Numbered from the stretch's first letter, positions 52,190 to 63,875 are shown. The stretch: 64,000 nt of DNA from Malacoraja senta (GCA_038087875.1 CM075977.1:20026001-20090000), one strand, 5' to 3'. Program-made: numbers and translations. The notes: generated from the sequence alone by a model not told the origin.

Positions 52190-52625
52190 CCCTCATATCC
52201 CAGTGTGCACATATTTCTCCCATTGTCTCAAACCCCCCCAGCCACCCCAACCCACCCTACTTCTTCCCATCCCCGAGTCACCTGCTTTCCTTCCACCCCT
52301 CTTTCCCCTCTCCCCTGTCTCTTTCCACCTCTTTCTCCCCTTCAGCTTTACATTTCACTCTTCGTCTTCTCTCCTCATCTGACAAAATTTTGTTTCATTT
52401 TCATCTCTTGTCACTTATTCCATCCATCTGCCAATCACCTCTCCCCCCCCCCCTCTTCCATTCACCTATCACTTGGCGGCATTGTTCCATCCCCATCTCT
52501 CTTTTCCAACTTTCTCTCTTATTCCAATCAGTCTGAAGAAGGGTCTCAATTAGAAATGTTGTCTGCTTATTCCCCCCACAGAAGCTGCCTGATGTGCTGA
52601 CTTCCTCTAGCACTTTGTGTTTTTG
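52190..52625 (+). mobile_element. Penelope 3' region and pLTR
   Basis: Pyrimidine-rich UTR then CAGTCTGAAGAAGGGTCTCAATTAGAAATGTT..CTAGCACTTTGTGT. Confidence 0.7.
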
Positions 52626-52815
52626 CTTTGTTGTTGAACATTGGCTTAACCAATGCTCAACAACAAAGCTCATGTTCATGTTTACTCAAACAACTCTGCT
52701 TTCCCATCACCGTATTCTGTGAAACCATGTAAATGGATGACAGACATTCAGACTGCATACCTTGTCCTTACTGATGAATTTGATGACATCAAACATACCT
52801 GTGAAAGTAAATAAG

Positions 52816-55800
52816 ATGGCGGCGGCGCGGGCACATCGCGACGCCCCGTGTCTCCCAAGAACCCGAGAAATTGGAAAAATAGCGACAATTCCCCTACCTG
52901 TCTCAAGGCTGCTCACACGGAGCAGTCTTGCATTCCTTTCGTACAGCCGACAGGAACTTCTGGACTTCGGTTCCTGCGGCTGCAACAACTTTCTGCTCGA
53001 TCTCCGTCTCGCTCCTGAGCTAGTCAGAGCAGTGGAGCAGCGGAGCCGCGGGGCGGTAGAACGGCAGCGAAACCGCGGGGCGGCAGAACGGCAGTGGAGC
53101 CGCGGGGCGGAACAACGGCAGCGGAGCCGCGGGGCGGTAGGCCAGCGGAGCCGCGGGGTGGTAGAACACCAGCGGAGCCGCGGGGGCGCGGGGCGGCAGA
53201 ACACCAGCGGAGCCGCGATGCTGCGGGGCGGCAGAACACCAGCGCGCACCAAGCCAGCTCGGCCGACCGGAAGCACCAACAGACGGCGACGTGAACGAAA
53301 GCACCGCCGGGGACGCAGAGGTGGGTTAAAGGCCAGGTTAGAGCTCGCCCCACACAGGCTAGCGATTCCTAGCCTTTTCCTCGCCAACGTGCGCTCACTG
53401 GTTAACAAAATGGACGAACTCCGGCTAAGGATCACCTCCCACAACTGGATCAAAGACTGCAGCATCTTGATCCTCACTGAAACTTGGCTCAACACCGACG
53501 TTCCTGACAGCGCCATCCAGCTAACGGGGCGGCATTTACTCCGAGTGGACAGGACAATTGACTCCGGTAAGACCAGAGGTGGAGGTCTGTGCATTTATGT
53601 AAACAAAGCATGGTGCACGGAAACCACCATCATCGAGAGTCACTGCTCAGCTAACCTAGAGTTCCTCTTGGTTAGATGCAGACCGTTCTATCTGCCCAGA
53701 GAGTTTACCTCCACTGTTGTGACTGCAGCCTATATTCCTCCTGATGCTAATGCCAAGCTTGCAATGAAAGATCTGCATTCTGCCATTAGCAAACAACAGA
53801 CTCACAACCCCGAGGCAGCCTTCATTGTTGCGGGTGACTTCAATCACTCCAACCTGAAGACTGTACTCCCCAAATTCCACCAACATGTCTCCTTCGCCAC
53901 TAGAGAAGGCAAGACACTGGACAAAGTCTACACCAACATGGCCGAAGCTTACAAAGCCGTCCCCCTCCCCCACCTTGGACAGTCTGATCACCTCTCATTG
54001 TTCCTGCTCCCAAAGTACTCCCCACTCATCAGACGGGTTAAACCCACTGTGAGGACAGTTAAAGTCTGGTCAGAGGATGCGGACTCCACACTTCAGCAGT
54101 GTTTTGGAAACACTGACTGGAAGGCGTTTGCAGCCCAGGCCACCCTTGACTCCCACACGGACATTGACTCCTATACATCATCTGTTCTGGACTTTATAAA
54201 CTCCACCATCAACAGCGTCACCTCCCTCAAACAGGTGACCATATTCCCGAATCAGAAGCCATGGATGAACAGCGAGGTCAGGCTACTGCTGAAAGCACGG
54301 GACACCGCTTTCAGGTCAGGCGATGCCCGAGCCTATAGTTCATCCAGGGCTAACCTGAAGAAGGGCATAAAGAAGGCCAAGCACTGCCATAAACTCAGGA
54401 TTGAGGAGCACTTCAACAACAACTCCGACCCCCGACGCATGTGGCAAGGCATCCAGGCCATCACGGACTTTAGACCCACCAACACCACCCCCACATCCAG
54501 TAACGCCTCCTTCCTTGAGGAGCTCAACCACTTCTATGGCCGTTTCGATAGGGACAATCGGCAGTTGGCCATCAAGGCGGTGCTCCCTGCCGATCACCAG
54601 CCCCTCTCACTCACCCCCTTCGACGTGTACGTGGCACTGAGTAGGACTAATGCACGTAAGGCTGCTGGCCCCGACGGCATCCCCGGGCGCGTCCTCAGGG
54701 CCTGTGCTGCGCAGCTGACAGACGTCTGGACTGACATCTTCAACCTGTCACTTGCCCAAGCAGTTGTGCCCACGTGCCTTAAATCCACCTCCATCGTGCC
54801 GGTGCCAAAACACTCCACTGCGGCAAGCCTCAACGACTTCCGCCCAGTTGCACTTACTCCCATCATCGCCAAGTGCTTCGAGAGGCTGGTCCTGGCACAC
54901 CTCAAAGGCTGCCTACCCCCCACGTTGGATCCCTATCAGTTTGCCTACCGCAAGAACAGGAGTACGGAGGATGCCATCTCAACGGCACTTCACTCCGCCC
55001 TCTCCCACCTCGACAACAGAGACACTTACGTAAGAATGCTGTTCATCGATTACAGCTCAGCATTCAACACCATCATACCCTCTAAACTGATCACCAAACT
55101 CGGTGACCTGGGCATCGACCCCTCCCTCTGCAACTGGATACTGGACTTTCTAACCAACAGACCCCAGTCTGTTAGGTTAGACAAGCACACCTCTTCAACC
55201 CTCACCCTGAACACCGGCGTTCCACAGGGCTGTGTGCTGAGCCCACTCCTCTACTCCCTCTTCACCTACGACTGCACACCTGTACATGGTACTAACACCA
55301 TCATCAAGTATGCAGATGATACAACGGTGATTGGCCTCATCAGCAACAACGATGAGTCGGCCTATAGGGAGGAGGTCCAGCTCCTAGCAGCATGGTGCGC
55401 TGACAACAACCTGGCCCTTAACTCCAAGAAGACCAAGGAGCTCATTGTAGACTTCAGGAAGTCTAGGGGCGGCATGCACACCCCCATCCACATTAACGGG
55501 AGGGAGGTGGAACGTGTTTCCAGCTTCAGGTTCCTGGGGGTCAACATCTCCGATGACCTCTCTTGGACCAACAATACCTCAACTCTGGTCAAGAAGGCTC
55601 ACCAGCGTCTCTTCTTCCTGAGGAGACTAAAGAAGGTCCATCTGTCTCCTCGGATTCTGGTGAACTTCTACCGCTGCACCATCGAGAGCATCCTTACCAA
55701 CTGCATCACAGTATGGTATGGCAACTGCTCTGTCTCCGACCGGAAAGCACTGCAGAGGGTGGTGAAAATTGCCCAACGCATCACCGGTTCCTCACTCCCC

Positions 55801-55998
55801 ACCATTGAGTCTGTCCAAAGCAAGCGTTGTCTGCGAAGGGTGCTCAGCATCGCCAAGGACTGCTCTCACCCCAACCACAGACTGTTTACCCTCCTACCAT
55901 CCGGGAGGCGCTACAGGTCTCTCCGTTGCCGGACCAGCAGGTCCAGGAACAGCTTCTTCCCTGCGGCGGTTACACTACTCAACACTGTACCTCGGTGA
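52816..55998 (+). CDS. Rex1/Babar APE endonuclease-reverse transcriptase polyprotein, 1060 aa from the first ATG inside the element
   Basis: Uninterrupted frame: [28 protein letters not shown]; [41 protein letters not shown]. Confidence 0.93.
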   Translation: MAAARAHRDAPCLPRTREIGKIATIPLPVSRLLTRSSLAFLSYSRQELLDFGSCGCNNFLLDLRLAPELVRAVEQRSRGAVERQRNRGAAERQWSRGAEQRQRSRGAVGQRSRGVVEHQRSRGGAGRQNTSGAAMLRGGRTPARTKPARPTGSTNRRRRERKHRRGRRGGLKARLELAPHRLAIPSLFLANVRSLVNKMDELRLRITSHNWIKDCSILILTETWLNTDVPDSAIQLTGRHLLRVDRTIDSGKTRGGGLCIYVNKAWCTETTIIESHCSANLEFLLVRCRPFYLPREFTSTVVTAAYIPPDANAKLAMKDLHSAISKQQTHNPEAAFIVAGDFNHSNLKTVLPKFHQHVSFATREGKTLDKVYTNMAEAYKAVPLPHLGQSDHLSLFLLPKYSPLIRRVKPTVRTVKVWSEDADSTLQQCFGNTDWKAFAAQATLDSHTDIDSYTSSVLDFINSTINSVTSLKQVTIFPNQKPWMNSEVRLLLKARDTAFRSGDARAYSSSRANLKKGIKKAKHCHKLRIEEHFNNNSDPRRMWQGIQAITDFRPTNTTPTSSNASFLEELNHFYGRFDRDNRQLAIKAVLPADHQPLSLTPFDVYVALSRTNARKAAGPDGIPGRVLRACAAQLTDVWTDIFNLSLAQAVVPTCLKSTSIVPVPKHSTAASLNDFRPVALTPIIAKCFERLVLAHLKGCLPPTLDPYQFAYRKNRSTEDAISTALHSALSHLDNRDTYVRMLFIDYSSAFNTIIPSKLITKLGDLGIDPSLCNWILDFLTNRPQSVRLDKHTSSTLTLNTGVPQGCVLSPLLYSLFTYDCTPVHGTNTIIKYADDTTVIGLISNNDESAYREEVQLLAAWCADNNLALNSKKTKELIVDFRKSRGGMHTPIHINGREVERVSSFRFLGVNISDDLSWTNNTSTLVKKAHQRLFFLRRLKKVHLSPRILVNFYRCTIESILTNCITVWYGNCSVSDRKALQRVVKIAQRITGSSLPTIESVQSKRCLRRVLSIAKDCSHPNHRLFTLLPSGRRYRSLRCRTSRSRNSFFPAAVTLLNTVPR
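53038..53245 (+). repeat. About 7 imperfect 24-35-bp tandem units (27-bp core) inside the ORF
   Basis: CAGCGGAGCCGCGGGGCGGTAGAACGG-type units encoding QRSRGAVER-like repeats. Confidence 0.9.
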
Positions 55999-56181
55999 CT
56001 GCCAATCACACCCCCCCCCCCCCCCCGGACACTCCTCCCACCAGGATTTATTAGATTAGATTTATTTATTTACTGCTCATATTTATGTCGCTCTTCTAGG
56101 GAGATGCTAACTGCATTTCGTTGTCTCTGTACTGTACACTGCACAATGACAATAAAGTTGAATCTGAATCTGAATCTGAAT

Positions 56182-56320
56182 CATAGACATAAAAAGCTGG
56201 AGTAACTCAGCGGGCAGACAGCATCTCTGGAGAAAGGGAATAGGTGACATTTCGGGTCAAAACTGTTCTTCAGACTGAGAGTCAGGGGAAAACAGAACAA
56301 GAGATATAGATGGTGATATA
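56182..56320 (-). mobile_element. Penelope pLTR
   Basis: AGCTGGAGTAACTCAGCGGGCAGACAGCATCTCTGG..TTCTTCAGACTGA. Confidence 0.8.
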
Positions 56321-56402
56321 GAGGGTACCCGGACGTGGCGTCGAAGGACGAGAAGCCGAAGCAAAGAAGTGGAAGCCAAATAACTGAACGGAAGCTAAGC
56401 CG

Positions 56403-56575
56403 AAAAGCCAACTAACCGAAAGGGTGGGACGCGTAAAAGCCAACTCACCGAAAGGGCGGGACACGTAAAAGCCAGCTCACCGAAACGGCGGGACGCGTAA
56501 AAGCCAGCTCACCGAAAGGGCGGGACGCGTAAAAGCCAGCTCACCGAAAGGCCGCTGTGCCAAAAAGCCAAATAA
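56403..56575. repeat. About 5 x 32-bp CpG-rich tandem repeat
   Basis: AAAAGCCA at 56403, 56435, 56467, 56499, 56531 and 56563. Confidence 0.93.
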
Positions 56576-57253
56576 CGGACATGACATTGCCGGGGGGGGT
56601 GGGACTTGTCAGCAATTGGTCCAGAACCCCGTGTCCATCACATCACTGGCCGGGGGAGATGGGAGGTGGGGGTCATTTTCCCACACAAGACCGCACTGGG
56701 CTGGAGGGTGACTGGGCACTCTGAACCCGAGCACCAAGTTGTAAGCGGCCAAAGGAGCGCATCCCTCGCGACAACCCCCACACTCCCATGGCCACGGCCA
56801 TCCTCCACCTCGTCTCCCCCATGCGGCCGCACTGTGACGGGCTGTCAGTCAGTAGCGCACACACACATGGGGCCGGGTGAAGCAGAGTTGGGGACAGTCT
56901 TGTCCCTCCGTCCACCCAGAGTCACTGACCGTGATGCACTGCCACCGGACCCCAACCCCCACACCAGGGTGATTCACCCCCCGACCCCCGGACCCCGACA
57001 CCCACACCAGGTGATTCACCCACCACCCCCCCCTTGCCACGGGGGCAGACGGCTCGGGGCATTGGCAGCCATAGTAAATCGTTTTTAAAACACGGGGGGA
57101 CACACAAAGTCCCTGGCGGGCCGAAAACAAATGTGCATGACAATGAACAATTTTATCTCCTCCCATTCACCCCCCCCCCCCACTTGACAACAAGAAGCAC
57201 ATTTTATTTATTGTTTAAACACAGTAATACTGTCTGGTTTAAACACCTTGCCT

Positions 57254-60200
57254 CAAGATGGCGCTCCTGAGAGGGCGACGTCGCGGAGCTCTCAGAGTCA
57301 ACCTGCTTTTTTGTCTGTCTTTTGTTGTTTTGTGCCATACTACGGTAATATCAGTAGCAATTAGGAACAGTCAACATGGATTTGTGCCTGGAAGGTAATG
57401 TTTGACTAATCTTCTTGAATTTTTTGAAGAGGTTACTCGGGAAATTGATGAGGGTAAAGCCGTGGATGTTTTATATATGGACTTCAGTAAGGCCTTTGAC
57501 AAGGTTCCTCACGGAAGGTTGGTTAAGAAGGTTCAATGGTTGGGTATTAATGGTGGAGTAGCATGATGGATTCAACAGTGGCTGAATGGGAGATGCCAGA
57601 GAGTAATGGTGGATGGTTGTTTGTCAGGTTGGAGGCCAGTGACTAGTGGGGTGCCACAGGGATCTGTGTTGGGTCCACTGTTGTTTGTCATGTACATCAA
57701 TGATCTGGATGATGGTGTGGTTAATTGGATTAGTAAGTATGCAGATGATACTAAGATAGGTGGGGCTGTGGATAATGAAGTAGATTTTCAAAGTCTACAG
57801 AGAGATTTATGCCGGTTGGAAGAGTGGGCTGAAAGATGGCAGATGGAGTTTAATGCTGATAAGTGTGAGGTGCTACATCTTGGCAGGACAAATCAAAATA
57901 GGACGTACATGGTAAATGGTAGGGAATTGAAGAATGCAGGTGAACAGAGGGATCTTGGAATAACTGTGCACAGTTCCCTGAAAGTGGAATCTCATGTAGA
58001 TAGGGTGGTAAAGAAAGCGTTTGGTGTGCTGGCTTTTATAAATCAGAGCATTGAGTATAGAAGTTGGGATGTAATGTTAAAATTGTACAAGGCATTGGTG
58101 AGGCCAATTCTGGAGTATGGTGTACAATTTTGGTCGCCTAATTATAGGAAGGATGTCAACAAAATAGAGAGAGTACAGAGGAGATTTACTAGAATGTTGC
58201 CTGGGTTTCAGCAACTAAGTTACAGAGAATGGTTGAACAAGTTAGGGCTTTATTCTTTGGAGCGCAGAAGGTTAAGGGGGGACTTGATAGAGGTCTTTAA
58301 AATGATGAGAGGGATAGACAGAGTTGACGTGGATAAGCTTTTCCCACTTAGAGTAGGGAAGATTCAAACAAGGTGACATGACTTGAGAATTAAGGGACAG
58401 AAGTTTAGGGGTAACATGAGGGGGAACTTCTTTACTCAGAGAGTGGTGGCTGTGTGGAATCAGCTTCCAGTGAAGGTGGTGGAGGCAGGTTCGTTTTTAT
58501 CATTTAAAAATAAATTGGATAGTTATATGGACGGGAAAGGAATGGAGGGTTATGGTCTGAACGCAGGTATATGGGACTAGGGGAGAATACGTGTTCGGCA
58601 CGGACTAGAAGGGTCGAGATGGCTGTTTCCGTGCTGTAATTGTTATATGGTTATTATATGGTTATATAGCATGGTCAGCCAACGGCGTCTATGACCGGGC
58701 GACCCTACTACGGCTGAGAGAGTGCAGTCCTTTTGGACATTTAGACCCGAGCACGTTTAACCCCTACCCCTACCCTGAGCTAATACGCTACGGCGACTCG
58801 ATGCTAGGCCGACACCCGGACAACGACAGGCCCAGGCGGAGACGCGGCAGATGGGGAGGGGCCAAACGACGACTCCGGCGCTTGGTTAGCAGTGGAAGGT
58901 TAGCCCTCCCGGTCATACTGTTTGCTAACGTCCAGTCTCTGTTAAATAAGATGGATGAGCTCCATGCTCGGATCTCCACGCAGAGGGACTTACAGGACTG
59001 CTCCATGCTGTGCTTCTGTGAAACATGGCTGGGGGAAAGGACACCCGACGAGGCGATAACACCAGACGGCTACACGGCCTTCAGGGAGGACCGGAGCGCA
59101 ACGGACAGCGGCAAGATCCGCGGCGGAGGAACGGCCGTCCTCGTCAAACAAAGTTGGTGTACCGACTGCAAGCTTATATCTAAATCTTGCTCTGAGAATG
59201 TGGAGTATCTAACTGTGAAGCTACGGCCGTTTTATCTACCCAGAGAACTGCAATGTATTATTGTGAGTGTCGTGTATATTCCCCCTTCCGCCAAAGAAGA
59301 GGGTGCACTCAGGGAGCTACACAACATGATCAATGAGCATGAAAACAAATATCCTGATGCTGCTTTTATTATTCTGGGAGACTTTAATCATTGCAACCTC
59401 AAGAAAAACATACCAAAACTGTATCAGTTTGTGACTTTTCCAACTAGAGGAAATAAGATACTGGACCACTGCTACAGTAATATCAGAAATGCTTTTATAG
59501 CTGAACCAACACCCCACTTCGGCAAGTCTGACCACCTGGCAATTCGGCTCAAGCCCACCTACACCAAGAGGCTTAAGGCACAGCCAGTCACAGTCAGAAC
59601 TGTTAACACCTGGACGGACAGTGCACAGGCTAGCCTGCAGGGATGTTTAGAGGCTACAGACTGGAACATCTTTAAGGTGGCCACAGATGACATTCATGAA
59701 TACACAGAGGTGTGAGTGACTACATCAGCTGGTGCACATCTATATGTGCCCCTCCCAGAACTGTGCGTGTGTTTCCAAACCAGAAACCTTGGTTCAATGG
59801 AAAAATAAAACAGAAGATCAGGAAAAGGCAGGAAGCTTTTAAGTCATGAGATCAAGGGGAGTACAAGAAAGCCCGGTTCGAGCTACAGAAGTCCATCAGA
59901 GCTGCAAAGAGGGCATATTCCCCAAAACTTGAAAGCTTTTACCTAATTAACAACACACGCAGTATGTGGCAGGGAATCCAAGCAGTCACAAACTACAAGA
60001 AAACAGTACCAACCACAGACCCCCAGGATGTCACCTTCCCAGACAGCCTTAATACCTTCTATACCAGGTTTGACAGACTGAACACAGACACCCCCTCAAA
60101 AGCCCCCTGCAACCCCACAGACACTGTCTTTCAGGTGACACCCATACAGGTCCTGAAAGCTCTGAGGCTGGTGAACCCCCACAAGGCTGTGGGACCAGAT

Positions 60201-61865
60201 GGCATCCCTCCTAAAGTTCTGAAGGCCTGTGCAGAACAACTCACTGGAGTGTATGTAGACATCTTCAATCTGTCTTTAAACCAAGCAGTGGTCCCCCGTA
60301 TTTTTTTATTTTCCACCATCATTCCAGTTCCAAAAAAAACAAATCCATCCACCCTGAATGACTTCAGGCCAGTGGCACTCACACCAGTTGCCATGGAGTG
60401 TCTAGAAAACTGGTTCTCACACATATCAATCACATGGTCCCGGGCACGATCGACCCCCTCCAGTTCGCCTACCGCCCCAACCGCTCAGTGGACGACGCAG
60501 TGGCCATTGTTCTACACCACATCCTGCAACACCTGGACAGCAGAGGAACATACGTCAGAACGCTGTTCCTGGATTACAGTTCGGCTTTTAATACCATTCG
60601 CCCGGGCAGGCTGACTGAGAAGCTGACAGACCTCGGTGTCCCGACTCCCACCTGCAACTGGATCTTGGATTTCCTGACTGAAAGACCACAGGTGGTGAGG
60701 ATGGGAAGGAGGGTGTCTGCAGAGCTCACTGTCAGCACAGGATCACCACAAGGCTGCTGTCTCAGTCCCAAACTTTTCACCCTGTACACACATGACTGTG
60801 TCTCCACCCAGGAAAATACCATCATTATTAAGTATGCGGATGACACCACCATCCTGGGCCTCATCAAGGGGGGGGGGCGAGTCGGGCTACAGGAATCTGG
60901 TGAACGACATTCTTGCCTATGGTGAGGTGAACGACCTAAGCCTCAACACAGACAAGACAAGAGAAATAATAATGGACTTCAGAAAAATTCCAACCCCCCT
61001 GCAGCCCCTCATCATCAAGTGGACTGTGGTGGAGAGGGCTGACAGTTACAGATACCTGGGATTACAAGTAACATCAGATCTGAACTGGACTTTGAACACT
61101 GCCGCAACAGTGAAAAAATCCCAGCAGAGACTGTACTTCATCAGGCTGCTCAGAAAAGCTGGTCTGCACTGTCGCCCTCTCACCCAGGTCTACAAAGGAC
61201 TGATAGAGAGCATCCTCACCACAGGCATCACGGTGTGGTATGGAAACACCACACAGACAGAGAGGAAGGCTCTGCAAAGAGTCATAAATACTGCAGAGAG
61301 GATTATCAGAACGGAACTTCCCTCCATGGAAACAATCTACACACAGCGCTGTCAAAAAAGAGCAGAGAGAATCATCAGAGACACACTACATCCAGCTCAC
61401 TCCCTGCTCAAACACAAAAACTGCACATACAACCTCAGGCACAGACGAGCGGACAGCATCGCCACAAACAGAACACGCTTTTTCAAGAGCTTCTTCCCTG
61501 CCACAGTGAGACTCTTGGCCAAAACAAAATGAACTGATGTCCTGACCCACCTCATAACATATCATATTATATCATATTATATTGTCTCCTGGGCCTTTGC
61601 AATTTACAATGCAATCGACACTTTTATATAAGGTTTGTGTAATTTACAATGCTCTTCACTTCCCCTTTATATAGGGTTTTAGGCACTTTCTTTCTTTCTT
61701 TCTTCTTTTTTTATTCCTAGAGAAGTATATGTTTTTATAGATTATGTGTCTTTCTGTGTGTCTTTAACTTGACTTGACTTGACTCTCTGAACAACCGCAC
61801 AAGAGTTCCTATGTGTGTAAGCACAAATGGCAAATAAAGTTTTTTGATTTTGATTTGATTTTTGG
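57254..61865 (+). mobile_element. Full-length but disrupted Rex1/Babar LINE of a second family, with a CR1 in its 5' end
   Basis: Starts CAAGATGGCG; APE ([27 protein letters not shown]) and RT (KAVGPDGI, QFAYR, KYADD) in four frame-shifted pieces; (TTTGA)n tail; candidate TSD TTGCCT at 57248-57253 and 61866-61871. Confidence 0.9.
57360..58666 (+). mobile_element. 5'-truncated young CR1
   Basis: Colinear with 17640-18950 (about 17 differences by eye, three creating stops); TAGCA duplicated at 57355-57359 and 58667-58671. Confidence 0.95.
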
Positions 61866-61924
61866 TTGCCTGCGTAATGCACACAACAAGCTCCCACGCA
61901 CAAAACACCAGATAATCTGTAATC

Positions 61925-62140
61925 TGTTTTAACCAAAGATGGACACAAAAGCTGGAGTAACTCAGCGGAACAAGCAGCATCTCTGGAGATAAGGAATGGG
62001 TGACGTTTCGGGTTGAGACCATTCTTCAGACCTGAAGACTGAGTCTGAAGGGCCTCAACCTGAAACGCCACCCATTCCTTCTCTCCAGAGATGCTGCCTG
62101 TCTCACTGAGTCACTCCAGCCTTTTGTGTCTAGCTTTGGT
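61925..62140. mobile_element. Inverted Penelope pLTR pair
   Basis: GACACAAAAGCTGGAGTAACTCAG..GCATCTCTGGAGA / TCTCCAGAGATGC..CTGAGTCACTCCAGCCTTTTGTGTC. Confidence 0.87.
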
Positions 62141-62509
62141 TTGACAGTTGTCTCATTTCATCGGCTTCATGTATTGTGCGCATGGAAGAGACGCATGACG
62201 TTTACATGCCGCTTGCATCTATTCATCCAATTGTGCTCTTAATGAAATCTCACATCTTTGCGAGGGAGGGATGGAATGGATGTAACCACCAGCTAAAGCA
62301 AAAGCAAAGCTAGGACAGGGAAATTAGGCTGTGGGCCGAGCATCGAAAATGTGTCTAGAAATGAACTTTCGTGACCCATGTCTCGGAACTACATGAAGTT
62401 TTGCACAGATTTAGATAAAATATAATTGAGAAGGAAGTCGTAACTCGTCAGTGCCAAAAGTTGCACATTAATTAATTAAACTAATTAGAAAATTAGATTG
62501 AAAAAGTAA

Positions 62510-62524
62510 GCGCCATCTAGTGTT
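62510..62524 (-). promoter_or_regulatory. Candidate CTCF site
   Basis: Minus strand AACACTAGATGGCGC, close to the CTCF core CCACYAGRKGGCGC, in non-repetitive sequence. Confidence 0.5.
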
Positions 62525-62717
62525 ACACCTTTGGGAAAATATTTCCACGCTGCAGTGTCTTTAACATATGTTATTATACCATATATATATGACGTGAATA
62601 TGACTGTAATCATATATATTTATGTATAATTATATTATATAAAAATAATATAATGAATATAATTGCGAGTGTGTATTTTGAATGAGACTGCCGCAGAGGT
62701 CTGGCTCCTGAACCAAC

Positions 62718-62842
62718 CTAATTAATGAGTGGGGGCAGTTCCTGTGGGTTCCCCCGTTTACTGAACCCCACTGACTGCCAGTGTGCAGAGTGGGGATCAT
62801 GGCCATAGTGGGACTGGGGCAGTGCCAGGCTGGGGGACGGTC
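62718..62842 (-). CDS. Candidate exon of an unidentified host gene
   Basis: Acceptor CTTTTTACTCTTACAG; GC-richer unique 125 bp; either terminal (PSPSLALPQSHYGHDPHSAHWQSVGFSKRGNPQELPPLIN*) or internal with donor AG|GTTGGT. Confidence 0.35.
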
Positions 62843-63049
62843 CTGTAAGAGTAAAAAGTCTTATTTCTGATGTAAATGTCACATCCTGACCAAGAATCAA
62901 ATGCTCTGATGTTTACCCGATGAGTATTCATTTTAATTTACAATGACTCTATATTTATGTTAGAGACCCCTCCATGGTGCCTTTGTAAATGAGGGCTATT
63001 ACCTTTAACCTAAAAGAACCCCAAAAGTGTTGCATTGTTTGTGTATCTG

Positions 63050-63415
63050 TATGATGTGTGTGTGTCTGTGTATACCTGTCAAACGTGTATCTGTAGATGT
63101 GTGGATGTATGTGTGGATGGGTGTGTGGATGGATGTGTGTGTGTGTGTGTGTGTATGTGTGGATGAATGAATGTGTGGGTGGTTGTGTGTGTATGTGGAT
63201 GGATATGTGGATGGATGTATGGATGTGTATGTGGATGGGTGTGTGGATGGGTGTGTGGATGGGTGTGTGGATGGATGTATGGATGTGTGTGTGGATGGGT
63301 GTGTGGATGGATGTATGGATGTGTATGTGGATGGGTGTGTGGATGGGTGTGTGGATGGGTGTGTGGATGGATGTATGGATGTGTGTGTGGATGGGTGTGT
63401 GGATGGATGTATGGA
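63050..63415. repeat. Compound (GT)n/(GGAT)n simple repeat running into a gap
   Basis: Repeated GTGTGGATGGGT / ATGGATGT units. Confidence 0.97.
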
Positions 63416-63875
63416 NNNNNNNNNNNNNNNNNNNNNNNNNNNNNNNNNNNNNNNNNNNNNNNNNNNNNNNNNNNNNNNNNNNNNNNNNNNNNNNNNNNNN
63501 NNNNNNNNNNNNNNNNNNNNNNNNNNNNNNNNNNNNNNNNNNNNNNNNNNNNNNNNNNNNNNNNNNNNNNNNNNNNNNNNNNNNNNNNNNNNNNNNNNNN
63601 NNNNNNNNNNNNNNNNNNNNNNNNNNNNNNNNNNNTGTGTGNNNNNNNNNNNNNNNNNNNNNNNNNNNNNNNNNNNNNNNNNNNNNNNNNNNNNNNNNNN
63701 NNNNNNNNNNNNNNNNNNNNNNNNNNNNNNNNNNNNNNNNNNNNNNNNNNNNNNNNNNNNNNNNNNNNNNNNNNNNNNNNNNNNNNNNNNNNNNNNNNNN
63801 NNNNNNNNNNNNNNNNNNNNNNNNNNNNNNNNNNNNNNNNNNNNNNNNNNNNNNNNNNNNNNNNNNNNNNNNNNN

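Larger units (their letters stand above)
52812..56181 (+). mobile_element. Full-length intact Rex1/Babar LINE
   Basis: Starts at AAGATGGCGGC, single long ORF, short 3' UTR with AATAAA and (GAATCT)n tail. Confidence 0.93.

Noticed and set aside
52762-52815. ORF-track N-terminal extension of the 1078-aa ORF
   Set aside because: Begins at a TTG in flanking DNA upstream of the element start; 52816 is the more plausible initiator
52707-53594. 295-aa antisense ORF over the Rex1 5' region
   Set aside because: Expected from a GC-rich repeat and codon bias on the opposite strand; no recognisable domain
57360-58666. Segmental duplication or shared 5' breakpoint with the CR1 at 17625-18950
   Set aside because: Flanks differ, this copy has its own TSD, and the other copy continues upstream into a gap; independent insertions of one young subfamily
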